Shown here: piece after piece, positions 54,502-64,000 of the stretch | How the letters are laid out: each line of letters begins with the position of its first letter | Numbering within the stretch: position 1 is the stretch's first letter | From: an uncultured Acidimicrobiia bacterium | GTDB lineage: Bacteria; Acidobacteriota; Terriglobia; Versatilivoradales; Versatilivoraceae | Length of the DNA stretch: 64,000 bases | NCBI GenBank assembly: GCA_963786955.1 | Contig: CAWBAT010000003.1 | Coordinates: 96,001 to 160,000 of the forward strand | Direction: 5' to 3' | Position numbers and translations under genes: made by a program | The notes under the pieces: generated by a model | What the model saw: only the letters and a program-made list of their open reading frames with translations | Told to the model about the DNA's origin: nothing | Databases searched by the model: none

Positions 54502-56052
54502 ATGGATGAAAGTATTCGCACCGTTTGGAGCGAAGCCCAGAAAAAGGCAAATGCGAGCTACATGCAAACTCGCCGAATCACGATTGATCCCATTACACGG
54601 CTGGAAGGACATGGGAAGATCGACATTTTTTTGGATGATCAAGGTGAGGTGGAGAAGGCTTATTTTCAAGTACCGGAACTTCGAGGGTTTGAGGTGTTCA
54701 GTATTGGACGTCCGGCTGAAGACATGCCACAGATTACAAGTCGTATCTGTGGGGTCTGTCCCACTGCTCATCATATGGCGGCTACCAAAGCCCTGGACGA
54801 TCTTTATAAGGTCGAACCTCCTCCTGCAGCGAAGAAAATACGGGAGCTAGTTTATAGTACATTCATGTTGGAGGACCATGCTCTCCATGTGTATTTGCTG
54901 GGAGGGCCGGATTTTATTGTCGGCCCGGATGCTCCTCGCGAACTCAGAAACGTACTGGGGGTTATTGATAAAGTGGGACTTGAAACTGGCAAGAAGGTCA
55001 TCAGCATGCGCCGCCGATTACGCGAACTCATCACCTACGTCGGCGGAAAGGTGATTCATCCGGTTCTTGGCTTGCCGGGAGGGGTCGCCAAGGGGATCAC
55101 CTCTGATGAGCTCCCTCGATTCCAGCAACTCGCAAAAGACGGCCTGGAGTTTGCTCTTTTCACTCTCCAGGTTTTCAAAGACATTGTCCTAAAGAACAAG
55201 GACTATGTGAATCTCATTTCTTCAGATATCTATACTCACAACACTTATTATATGGGCCAAGTGGATGAATCCAACCGGGTAAATTTCTACGACGGGATGC
55301 TAAGAGTCGTAGACCCCAATGGCGTGGAGTTTGTCAAATTTCGAGCGCAAGACTATCTGAATCAGATTGCGGAACGCGTTGAAACATGGAGTTATGTGAA
55401 GTTTTGTTATCTCAAATCAGTGGGTTGGCATGGCTTTACTGATGGAAAAGAAAGCGGAATCTACTGTGTGGCCCCGTTGGCGAGATTGAATGCGTCCGTG
55501 GGAATGGCTACTGCAAAAGCACAACAGGCTTATGAGGAATTTTACACAACTTTAGGAGGCAAACCCGTTCAGCACACCTTGGCAAATCATTGGGCAAGGA
55601 TCGTCGAAATGATTTATGCAGCAGAAAGAATGAACGAATTGCTCAATGATCGCGAAATCACTAGCAAAGACCTTCGAGTGATCCCCACCATGACTCCCAC
55701 CTCGGGGATTGGTGTTGTAGAAGCTCCTCGCGGCACACTCTTCCATCATTATGAGACCGATGACAATGGAATCATCCGGAAAGCAAACTTGATCGTTGCA
55801 ACGCAAAACAACTCTGCCCGGATGGCCATGAGCGTTGAAAAAGCAGCCAAAGGTGTCATTCATCATGGTGAAGTTTCTGAAGGGTTGTTAAATCGAATCG
55901 AGATGGCATTTCGAGCCTATGATCCCTGCCACGCTTGTGCCACTCACTCCCTTCCAGGAAACATGCCGCTCATCGTACGGGTGCGTGATCAAAGGGGTGA
56001 AACGTTGAGCATCCTGCAACGCGATCCGGACGGAAAGATATCCAGGAGTTAA
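54502..56052 (+). CDS. mvhA: Group 3c [NiFe]-hydrogenase large subunit
   Basis: TRLEGHG, ELRGFE, L1 SRICGVCP, EAPRG, L2 RAYDPCHACATH plus a cleavable C-terminal tail. mvhD/hdr context. Confidence 0.92.
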   Translation: MDESIRTVWSEAQKKANASYMQTRRITIDPITRLEGHGKIDIFLDDQGEVEKAYFQVPELRGFEVFSIGRPAEDMPQITSRICGVCPTAHHMAATKALDDLYKVEPPPAAKKIRELVYSTFMLEDHALHVYLLGGPDFIVGPDAPRELRNVLGVIDKVGLETGKKVISMRRRLRELITYVGGKVIHPVLGLPGGVAKGITSDELPRFQQLAKDGLEFALFTLQVFKDIVLKNKDYVNLISSDIYTHNTYYMGQVDESNRVNFYDGMLRVVDPNGVEFVKFRAQDYLNQIAERVETWSYVKFCYLKSVGWHGFTDGKESGIYCVAPLARLNASVGMATAKAQQAYEEFYTTLGGKPVQHTLANHWARIVEMIYAAERMNELLNDREITSKDLRVIPTMTPTSGIGVVEAPRGTLFHHYETDDNGIIRKANLIVATQNNSARMAMSVEKAAKGVIHHGEVSEGLLNRIEMAFRAYDPCHACATHSLPGNMPLIVRVRDQRGETLSILQRDPDGKISRS

Positions 56053-56361
56053 TGGATCCATCCTTCAATGAGAAAAATCAAGTCGCATTCGTATGGTTAT
56101 GGAAGACCTTGGAAACACAATCCCTGTTTATTCCTCCAACCCCTCTCTTTAACGGAAAGGGTCGTTCGCCAGACGGCAGACCGGGTGACCTCGACTCGAC
56201 GTGTCTGTCTATTTGCAACTTGGTACAAAACCCGGAGACAGAGAGAAGATCTCTGAGAATCAAGATTCAATATCGAGGAATAGAGGCGTCATTTCGCTCC
56301 ACCGGTTTTTGTAAGAGTAGAAGGGGAGCGACTGCCCTATGCCTGTATCAAATATGGAAAT

Positions 56362-56844
56362 ATGGGAATGATACCGAAAATTCTAGTTTTGGGACTGGGA
56401 AACGAGCTCCTGAGTGACGATGGAGTTGGAATTAAAGCTGCCCGAGCTCTGCGAGAAGAGCTTCAGTCCCAGGTCGATGTCATCGAATGTTCTGAATCCG
56501 GTTTATCCCTGTTGGATGTTCTGGAGGGATATGAGCGAGTCCTGCTCCTCGATGCGATTTTAACCGGCCAACACCCCCCCGGAACCGTCTTAGAGTTTTG
56601 CGCGCAAGATTTTCCTGATACGGTCATCCTTTCACCCCACTCCGCTGGGATTCCAGAACTCCTCCAACTGGCCAAAAGGCTGGGAATCCACTTTCCTGAA
56701 AAACTGTACATCCTTGCCATAGAGGTAGAAAATCTGTTTGAACTGGGGGAAAAGTTGACCCCAGCGGTGGAAGCCGCTCTCCCTGAATTTATTTCCAAGG
56801 GAAAGGAACTCATAGGCAGGCTGGAATGCCACACTACCCGCTGA
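56362..56844 (+). CDS. Hydrogenase maturation protease
   Basis: GLGNELLSDDGVG, LLDA, SPH. Confidence 0.92.
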   Translation: MGMIPKILVLGLGNELLSDDGVGIKAARALREELQSQVDVIECSESGLSLLDVLEGYERVLLLDAILTGQHPPGTVLEFCAQDFPDTVILSPHSAGIPELLQLAKRLGIHFPEKLYILAIEVENLFELGEKLTPAVEAALPEFISKGKELIGRLECHTTR

Positions 56845-56897
56845 CTGCCGACCTTTCGCCATAGGGATTCAGGTGATTTGAACAGGAGAGTAAACCC

Positions 56898-58523
56898 ATG
56901 ATGACCGTTGCTGAACTCATCATCGCGGATGCCCATGCCCGAGGACTGCGTCATTTCTTTGGCCTTCCAGGCGGCGGTTTCCCGTTGGATATGATGGAGG
57001 CGGGGCGAAGGTTTGGAGTTGACTTTGTGTCGACGAGCCACGAATCTTCTGCAGCGATAATGGCTGCTTACTATGGAGTGTTGAAGCAGACTGCGGGCCT
57101 GGCGCTATCGGTCAGAGGTGTAGGGGCCGGAAACCTGCTGGGTGGAGTCGTCAATGCGCATTTTGAACGCGTTCCTGTCGTGGCGGTGTGCGAAACCGTT
57201 CCAACATCGATGGCGGCTTATCCATCAATTCAATACTGCGACCAGTTAAGCTGTTATCAGGGGATTTGCAAATATGCCGCTGCTGTCTCGAAAGAGGACG
57301 CAGCTGCTCAAATACAAGCATCTGTCTATCATTCATTGGAAGGCCGGCCAGGCCCGACTTTGTTAAATGTTCCGGCAGATCTCAATCAAACGGCTTGGGA
57401 TGCTCCTCTCTCATCCAAGCCCGTCGCTTCTCCTTCTCCTGCTAGTTCTGCCCAAATCGCTTTAGCCCGAACCTTTCTTGGTGAAAAAAAACGTCTAGTT
57501 GTAATTGCCGGTGCTGATGTGATTCGCGCCGGTGCCACTGAGGAGCTCCGCGAGCTGGTGGAGTCGTTAGAGGCGGTGGTCCTCGTAACAATGGATGCCC
57601 GCGGGGTTTTCCATGAACGGCATCGTCGCTGGGCGGGAGTGCTGGTGGGTTCGTTTAACCCCAATATTATTGAGTCGAAAGTATTGGCCAAAGCCGATGG
57701 CGTGCTCGTAGTGGGTGCAGATGCCATGATGACCCACGCTGCTTGGAATGTTAACCTGCCTGTCTGCGAGCTGTCTGCCCGATCTGAATATGCTGCTCTC
57801 TCGGTCCACCCCGAATTGCGAGTTGACGGCGAGCTCAGAAGTTCATTACGGGCCATGGGGGATCTTAATCAGCAGGGGTTTCCTTTAGAAGAGATTCAAG
57901 CATTGCGCCGCGACATTTTGTTTTACTTCAAACGGCCCGGGCAGGCTCGCTTGGCTGCTCAGGATGTCATTGAGATTGTGCGGCGCATTCTTCCACCCGA
58001 AGGGATTCTTTTTTCGGAAACGGGCGCCTTTGTCTGTATGCTCGAGCACATTTGGTCGGTTGAACACCCAGGCACCTATTACGGAACTTCCGGAGGCCGC
58101 ACCATGGGTCTCATGTTGCCCGCGATCCTTGGAGCCCGGCTGGCAGAGCAGAAACGGCCCATGGTCGGGATTGGTGCCGATGGGAGTTTGTTGATGAGAC
58201 TCGGTGAATTGGAGGTCCTCAAGCGTTCGGGGGTGGCCGTTCCTCTTGTAATCCTGAATGACCAGGCTCTCGGCACCATGAAATCTCGCCAGAAATCTCG
58301 CGGCATGCCAGATTACGGTCTCGATTTTTCACCAGTGGACTTTGCCGCTATTGCCCGGGCCTGTGGCCTCCAGGGTGTCCAGGTAGACTGCCCGGAGGCC
58401 TTGGAGAAGGAACTGCAGCGAGCGATGGTTTCTTCAACCTCGACTTTGATTGATGCTCGAGTAGATTCTCAAATCTATCAGGACAGCTTTGGGCCTGCAA
58501 TCGGGGTCTTGAGTCCAAATTAG
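56898..58523 (+). CDS. Thiamine pyrophosphate-binding enzyme (acetolactate synthase-like family)
   Basis: FGLPGG, HESSAAIMA, GRPGP, TMG, ADGS..ND TPP motif. Confidence 0.85.
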   Translation: MMTVAELIIADAHARGLRHFFGLPGGGFPLDMMEAGRRFGVDFVSTSHESSAAIMAAYYGVLKQTAGLALSVRGVGAGNLLGGVVNAHFERVPVVAVCETVPTSMAAYPSIQYCDQLSCYQGICKYAAAVSKEDAAAQIQASVYHSLEGRPGPTLLNVPADLNQTAWDAPLSSKPVASPSPASSAQIALARTFLGEKKRLVVIAGADVIRAGATEELRELVESLEAVVLVTMDARGVFHERHRRWAGVLVGSFNPNIIESKVLAKADGVLVVGADAMMTHAAWNVNLPVCELSARSEYAALSVHPELRVDGELRSSLRAMGDLNQQGFPLEEIQALRRDILFYFKRPGQARLAAQDVIEIVRRILPPEGILFSETGAFVCMLEHIWSVEHPGTYYGTSGGRTMGLMLPAILGARLAEQKRPMVGIGADGSLLMRLGELEVLKRSGVAVPLVILNDQALGTMKSRQKSRGMPDYGLDFSPVDFAAIARACGLQGVQVDCPEALEKELQRAMVSSTSTLIDARVDSQIYQDSFGPAIGVLSPN

Positions 58524-58549
58524 TGACAGGCGCATCCATGTCTTTTGCT

Positions 58550-58705
58550 GTAGCCGGGGCCGCTGGCCCCGGAAATAGACAGGCCGGGAGGCCTGTCTCT
58601 ACCCGGCCACCGCCGATCTTTCTATTTCGATGGAATGCGCGCCCGCGAACGCCGTCCCCCGCTTCCGCGTTTGTTGAGCGTGCGTCGGAGCGCCCGCTCC
58701 ACCAC
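58550..58705. repeat. REP-like doublets between convergent genes
   Basis: GTAG-CCGGGGCC-GCT-GGCCCCGG facing an inverted GTAG-AGACAGGCC-TCCC-GGCCTGTCT. A further GTGGAGCGGGCGCTCC hairpin lies on -. Confidence 0.6.
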
Positions 58706-58741
58706 ACTGCGCTAAAGCAAATTCGGGATTGGGTTTAATAA

Positions 58742-59782
58742 TTAATGCGGGAGTTGGACTCCGTAGTTGTGTGCCACTTCGGCGATTTGTCTCCAGGTCT
58801 CGTCATCGATGGGGATGCCCGCTTCTTGGCGTCTGGCTTTTTCCCTGGCCTCCGGTTCCCCCGGAATCAAGATGGAATCAAACCCTGGCGCCAAAGCGCT
58901 GCTTTTGACGAATTCGATGAGCCCTTCAACATCGAAATAAAATGCGGCTTCCGGGCGGAATCGCTCGATATGGATCACAATCCCTAGAAAAGCATTGCCT
59001 ACGCGATCGGCGTCCTTTCGGCTGCATCCAGCGCCAGATAAGGCCCCTGCCAGAATATCCGTGACCAGTCCTAAGGCAAAGCCCTTATGGCCTCCAAACG
59101 GGAGCAATGCTCCTTCCGGTGGGCCGTAGAATGTGGCAGGGTCTGTCGTAGGATTTCCATTGGAATCGATGATGTTGCCCGGCGGAACCGGGATTTTCTT
59201 GTTGAGCATCGTGCGCACTTTACCTTCCGCGATGGAACAGGTGGAGAGATCCAACAGAATAGGCCAGCTGTCCTTCCTGGGGATGGCGGCGGCAATGGGA
59301 TTTGCCGATAGCCTTCTTTCTCTGCCTCCCCAGGGAGCCACCAATTTACCTCCCCCATGGGTATTCACAAATAGCAGAGCAATCATTCCTTTATTTGCGG
59401 CCATTTGAGGATATTCGCCGATGCGACCTAAGTGGCAACTCTGGCGGACCGAAACGATCCCGATCCCTGCCCGCTCTGCTTTTTGGATGGCTAGATTCAT
59501 CGACTCTTCCCCGATGACCTGACCAAATCCCCATCCTCCATCAATGATGGCCAGGGTATCGGTTTCGTGCACAACACGCGCATGGGCTCCCAAAGTGACG
59601 AGCTTCTGCTCCATCCATCGCACATATTCAGGGATTCTCAGGACTCCGTGAGAGTCGTGCCCCACCAGATTGGCTTCCACGAGGGAACCGGCAACACGGT
59701 TGGCCTCATTTAAATCTGCTCCGGCTTCATGAAAGATCTGGCTGGTAAATTGTATTAACACTCCGGCTGGTAAAATTGGCAT
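58742..59782 (-). CDS. Ldh_2 family oxidoreductase (malate/L-lactate/hydroxycarboxylate dehydrogenase type)
   Basis: GHDSHG, HLGRIG, SANP, GHKGFAL, IPGEPE. Confidence 0.9.
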   Translation of the reverse strand: MPILPAGVLIQFTSQIFHEAGADLNEANRVAGSLVEANLVGHDSHGVLRIPEYVRWMEQKLVTLGAHARVVHETDTLAIIDGGWGFGQVIGEESMNLAIQKAERAGIGIVSVRQSCHLGRIGEYPQMAANKGMIALLFVNTHGGGKLVAPWGGRERRLSANPIAAAIPRKDSWPILLDLSTCSIAEGKVRTMLNKKIPVPPGNIIDSNGNPTTDPATFYGPPEGALLPFGGHKGFALGLVTDILAGALSGAGCSRKDADRVGNAFLGIVIHIERFRPEAAFYFDVEGLIEFVKSSALAPGFDSILIPGEPEAREKARRQEAGIPIDDETWRQIAEVAHNYGVQLPH

Positions 59783-60438
59783 TAATTAACCTCCATCGCA
59801 ATTGCGCGGACAGGGGAAGCTTCCCGTCCACTGAGTTTCAAAGGAATGGCCATGAGATGAAATACATCGGAGGGGATCAGGTCCAGGCGAGTCAAGTTTT
59901 CGAGGATGACAACATCGTGCCCCAGCAGTTCCAGGTGTGCTTCAAAAGGAGTGCGATCCACAGAGGGCAGGTCGACTCCCAATAAGTGAACTCCACAACG
60001 AACCAGGTATTGTGCGGCTTCTCCGGTCAAGATTGGGTGTTGTTCGAAATAATTCTGATCCCCCCAATGCCGGCTCCACCCTGTCCACAACACCACCTTT
60101 CTCAAGGAACGAAGTGAGTGCTCATGCCTGTCGAGGTCTTTTTTCTCAATGGGGGCATTGGGCGGTAGAGTTGAAAGGTTTATGAGAAGTGTCAGTCCGA
60201 TGCACTGGCTGAAAGAAATCTGATCAATCGTGTGGCCATTTTTGAAGAAATGAAACGGGGAATCCATGTGAGTTCCACAATGCAACCCCAATTCGATGCT
60301 ACTGCTTTTCAAGGTTCTTCGGCCGCTGGAATCGTCGCCCGCGGTTTCCGTCATGCGGGCTCGGAATGGAGGGTAGTCAGGATAGACCGGAGTTGATTCC
60401 TGCAGATCGTAGCTCAGATCAATGTAACGCGATGGCAT
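59782..60438 (-). CDS. Cyclase family metal-dependent hydrolase (KynB-like)
   Basis: HCGTHMDSPFHF, GVDLPSVD, ILENL, EASPVRA. Confidence 0.9.
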   Translation of the reverse strand: MPSRYIDLSYDLQESTPVYPDYPPFRARMTETAGDDSSGRRTLKSSSIELGLHCGTHMDSPFHFFKNGHTIDQISFSQCIGLTLLINLSTLPPNAPIEKKDLDRHEHSLRSLRKVVLWTGWSRHWGDQNYFEQHPILTGEAAQYLVRCGVHLLGVDLPSVDRTPFEAHLELLGHDVVILENLTRLDLIPSDVFHLMAIPLKLSGREASPVRAIAMEVN

Positions 60439-60553
60439 TAGGCTCCCCTTTGGTAGAAAGACTGTAATGGCCCGCCTGATTCTAGGATAGCCCTCAGCCG
60501 AATCAAAGGAGTATTTGCAAAATTTGGAGGCCCGAACTCCGCGAAACCGCTCG

Positions 60554-60597
60554 GTAGGGGCGAAGCATCCGTCAACTGGCGGATGCTTCGCCCCTAC
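60554..60597. repeat. REP doublet of the RAYT-associated family
   Basis: GTAGGGGCGAAGCATCCGTCAACTGGCGGATGCTTCGCCCCTAC, a near-perfect hairpin almost identical to the RAYT flank ends. Confidence 0.88.
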
Positions 60598-60710
60598 ATA
60601 TTCAACCCCACAGTGTCATCTACCTCGGACGGCGATGGACGAGATGGATCTTCTCCAGGAGAATCATTAGACAAACGACAAGATTTTAAGGAATATAAGT
60701 TGCCGTTATT

Positions 60711-61686
60711 TTGAACCACATTCCAAATTATCCAAAAGGATTTAGCCGAGGAAGACCTTTGCAGGAAGGGAAAAAGTCCCGCCGTATAGCTGTCTTAGTT
60801 GTAATAATTGGCCTGGTGGTCATCAAGCTTATTGCCCCATCTTTTTTTGGGATTGGAAACCTGACCAATTTGTTACGTCAGGTCTCCATTAATGGGGTCA
60901 TCGCCTGCGGCATGACAATCTTGATCATCTCTGGTGGATTTGACCTCTCCGTTGGCGCCATGCTCGCTTTTTCCGGAGTCCTGGCGATTCATTTTGCTCA
61001 ACAGGGCACTTGTCCTGGCAATCCTGGTCCCTCTTTCGATTGGAGTCCTCGGAGGATGTGCGAATGGGATTCTAGTCAGCTGGTTTTCGATTAATCCGTT
61101 AATCGTGACGCTCGGATTTCGATATCTCTTGTATGCAGCCGCAAATCTTTTTACTGCGGGATTCATCCAATATAACCAAAACCCTGATTTTCTTCCCTTA
61201 GGTCGGAGCCATCTCTTTGGAGTCCCGGCGCCTGGGATCATCTTTCTTGGCCTGGCTCTGCTGTCTCACTTCGTTCTGCATTACACCCGGTTAGGGTTGT
61301 CGTTCTTTGCGGTCGGGAGTAACGAGCGGGCTGCCTATTTTTCCGGCTTGCCGACGCGGAGAATCCGGGTGTTGGGGTACCTCGCTTCTGGTCTCTGTGC
61401 CGCCTTGGCTGGGGTCGTCCTCGCTTCACGGTTGGGCGTCGCTGCTCCGGATGCAGGAGAAGGCTACGAACTAGAGGCGATCGCGGCAGTGGTCGTTGGA
61501 GGTACCAGCTTATTCGGCGGTTCTGGAGGGATTGGTAAGACAATATTGGGTGTTGGGTTGTTGGGGATCCTGAGTAATTTACTCGTTCTGGCTGGACAAT
61601 CTTACGAAACGCAGCGAATCGCAACTGGAACGATCATTGTGCTGGCAGTCGCCGTGGACGTTCACCTTCGCAAAAAGGCGGCATGA
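60711..61686 (+). CDS. Sugar ABC transporter permease (RbsC type), frameshifted
   Basis: GMT.LIISGGFDLSVG and GYELEAIAAVVVGGTSLFGG. Confidence 0.88.
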
Positions 61687-62625
61687 GAAGACAATCGCAT
61701 TATTGGGAAAAATCAAGAACCGCGGTCATCCTCTGTTTACTCATTGCCCTAATGGCCTGCCTGGAGCCGCGCTTTCTGAGTCCTTCAAATATTTCCAATG
61801 TTCTCTTACAAGTTTCCATTGAAGGAATTGTAGCGACAGGTTTAACCCTGGTGGTCCTTACGGGAGGCCTGGACTTGTCTGTGGGAGCCGTGACTGCGTT
61901 GAGTGGAGTGATCTTTGTTCTCTCGGCTCCGCTGGGGTTGGCATGGGCCGGTCTGATTGCTCTCCTTTCGGGCACTCTGGTCGGAATGGTCAATGGCTTT
62001 TTGATCGGACCCTGCAAACTGAATTCATTTATTGTCACCCTGGGAGCCATGGCAGGAGTTCAAGGGATTGCTTTGTGGATCAGTCGAGGGTATCCACTCG
62101 CGGGAACTGGCGGCGATTTTGAAATGCTGGGCGGAGGTTTTTTTCTTCATATTCCACTTCCGATTGTCTTCTATTCGTGTATCTTGATTCCCTCGCATCT
62201 TCTTGTTGTCCCATACACAATTTGGAAGGGACCTCTATGCGATTGGGGGAAATCGAAAAGCGGCAAAACTGGCTGATATCGATATCGTTCAGCGGGAGTG
62301 GGTTGCCTATGTTCTCTGTTCGATACTGGCCGCGTTCTCTGGAATGATTCTGGCTTCGCGTTTGAATACAGGGTCTCCAATTATTGGACAGGATTTGCCC
62401 TTGCAGGCTATTGCCGCGATCGTTTTGGGGGGGACGAGCCTCTATGGAGGCCGGGGAGGAACGATTCGAACAATGGTCGGAATTTTGACCATCGGAGTTC
62501 TTTCCAACGGATTAAACCTGCTGAACGTATCTCCCGCTTATCAATGGGGCATCAAAGGCTCCGTCTTGATCTTAGTGGCGGGGATCGATAGTGCCCGAGG
62601 AAGAATGCGCTCACAGACTGTTTAG
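61683..62625 (+). CDS. Second sugar ABC transporter permease, frameshifted
   Basis: GGLDLSVG, YAIGGN, AIAAIVLGGTSLYGG. Confidence 0.88.
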
Positions 62626-62740
62626 GGTAAACGAATTTCAGAGTATCGCGTCCGGCGGGCGTCGGTCCCGTGAGTTGAGTAGGAATGAATTGAGGCTGAA
62701 AAGAAGTTAAACCCATCCAGCTAAAAACTAAGGAGGCAAT

Positions 62741-63847
62741 TTGCAACAATATTCGCGAAGACTATGGCTTACTTATTCTTCACTCGTCGCATGGGGAATT
62801 GCTTTTGCACAAGGCGGCTGTCAGAAACCGAGTGGAAGCTCGCCCTCTCCCTCCACGGCTTCGATGCCTCCGGTCGGGGTTTCACAGCAAAGCCAATTGC
62901 GAGGCGCCGAGGCAGTCATCGAGAAACTCCCGGCAGTGCTTCCGGAGCAAGCTCCTGCAAGTTGGGAGTGGCTTGAGAACAAACCAGTGACCATTGGTCT
63001 GCTCATGATTTCCACGGCCGCCCCCTATCTTGCCGGCTATCGGAAAGCTTTTGACGTTGAAGCCAAGCGGTTGAATCTGAATGTCATTGCCCTGGACGCC
63101 AACAATGATCCGGCCCGGCAAGCGGCTCAGGCCGAAGATTTGATCGGGAAGGGAGTCGCAGTCTTATGTTTTTGGCCGGTGGATGCAAAAGCGATTGTTC
63201 CCAGTGTGAGGAAAGCCTATGAAGCGGGGATCCCTCTGGTATGCACCAATACATGGACAGAGCCCTCGGCATTGAACTATTTCAAGGGATTCGTTGGGGC
63301 CAGCATGATCGAAGAAGGAATCATTGCTGCTCAATTGATGTCAGAGGCACTCACTGGGAAAGGGAAGGTGGCGATCATCGAAGGGAACCCAGGACAAGAT
63401 GCTACCTATTGGCGGTCTACCGCGTTTATTGACGAATTGAAACGCATTGCTCCGGGAATCCAAGTTTTGGATCGGCAGACGGCTCGCTGGGATAGAGCCC
63501 GGGCGACGGCAGTCGCTGAGAACTTTTTAACAACCTATGCTGACCTGAACGCGATCATGGCGCAGGACGACAATATGGCTATGGGTGCGTTACAAGCCAT
63601 CAAGGCTGCTGGAAAGTCTGCTGTCGTCCGATTGATCTCTATCAATGCCAGTAAAGAGGGGCTCGAGGCGATTCGGGACGGCGAGATTTATGGCAGTTGC
63701 ACGCAGTCTCCAACCTTTGAGGGAATCTATACCGCGCGGGTCATCAGGGATGTGGCGAATGGATGGCCTCCCGTTCCCCGATGGATTCGCAACCCGGTGC
63801 TGCGAGTCGATCGAAGGAATGCCCATCAAGTCTTCGGGGAGTGGTGA
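62741..63847 (+). CDS. Sugar ABC transporter substrate-binding protein (RbsB type)
   Basis: DANNDPARQ, AGIPLV, WDRARA, AQDDNMAMGA, TQSP. Confidence 0.9.
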   Translation: MQQYSRRLWLTYSSLVAWGIAFAQGGCQKPSGSSPSPSTASMPPVGVSQQSQLRGAEAVIEKLPAVLPEQAPASWEWLENKPVTIGLLMISTAAPYLAGYRKAFDVEAKRLNLNVIALDANNDPARQAAQAEDLIGKGVAVLCFWPVDAKAIVPSVRKAYEAGIPLVCTNTWTEPSALNYFKGFVGASMIEEGIIAAQLMSEALTGKGKVAIIEGNPGQDATYWRSTAFIDELKRIAPGIQVLDRQTARWDRARATAVAENFLTTYADLNAIMAQDDNMAMGALQAIKAAGKSAVVRLISINASKEGLEAIRDGEIYGSCTQSPTFEGIYTARVIRDVANGWPPVPRWIRNPVLRVDRRNAHQVFGEW

Positions 63848-64000
63848 AATGCCCTCCGGCAAATTTGCCTCGGTTTTAAGGAATAGTCGGCAGTGTTGGG
63901 TTCCTGGCGCCGTCGATTGAGCGATTCGTGAATTGCCGGTACTCTATGAATCCCGCCGGCTGTTTGGGCATTGTGGATGGGTCGTAACCCCTCGATTTAT

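Noticed and set aside
29936-56052. Selenocysteine recoding in gpx, hdrA, mvhD, mvhG or mvhA
   Set aside because: All the usual Sec positions are Cys codons. The TGA near 53510 in mvhG results from a frameshift and is not at a Cys position.
772-62625. Widespread frameshifts read as pseudogenisation or programmed frameshifting
   Set aside because: Indels hit unrelated genes throughout, often at short homopolymers, while motifs stay intact. This is typical of long-read error. Read-level polishing would confirm.

Overview
Bacterial chromosome segment, probably Acidobacteriota. That placement is inferred from the Oar-like carboxypeptidase-domain TonB-dependent receptor and overall gene content. 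Many genes are split by 1-nt indels, most likely uncorrected long-read errors, so split genes are reported as joined spans. In order: partial secreted protein, SGNH hydrolase, unknown secreted protein, tryptophanase, LRR protein, an unlisted 59-aa membrane protein, a sulfate-type ABC operon whose CysA carries tandem USP domains, YhcH/NanQ protein, a REP-associated tyrosine transposase (RAYT) with GTAG-REP/REPIN repeats, B12 radical SAM, two URO-D/MtaA-family proteins, an XRE-PBP regulator-modABC-MgtC/DUF4010 operon, TonB-dependent receptor, ABC-F, ALDH, glutathione peroxidase, an uncharacterised OsmC-like/ACAD-like/signal-less PBP/core-MetE cluster, TPR protein, OsmC with an ECF sigma/ZAS anti-sigma pair, galT, a ~16-kb anaerobic energy island (etfBA, FadF/EMO-type oxidoreductase, HdrD-like, hdrA; then hdrCBA, CoA-binding protein, mvhDGA group 3c [NiFe]-hydrogenase, protease), a TPP enzyme, Ldh_2 and cyclase genes, and a sugar ABC transporter. 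Two leads stand out. (1) Both halves of the energy island have a sigma54 promoter with the same palindromic enhancer exactly 131 nt upstream, suggesting one co-regulated ETF/quinone-Hdr-hydrogenase machine with two HdrA paralogs. (2) A four-gene cluster whose members have lost canonical catalytic or targeting features suggests an undescribed cytoplasmic pathway. No CRISPR array, rRNA or tRNA was seen.
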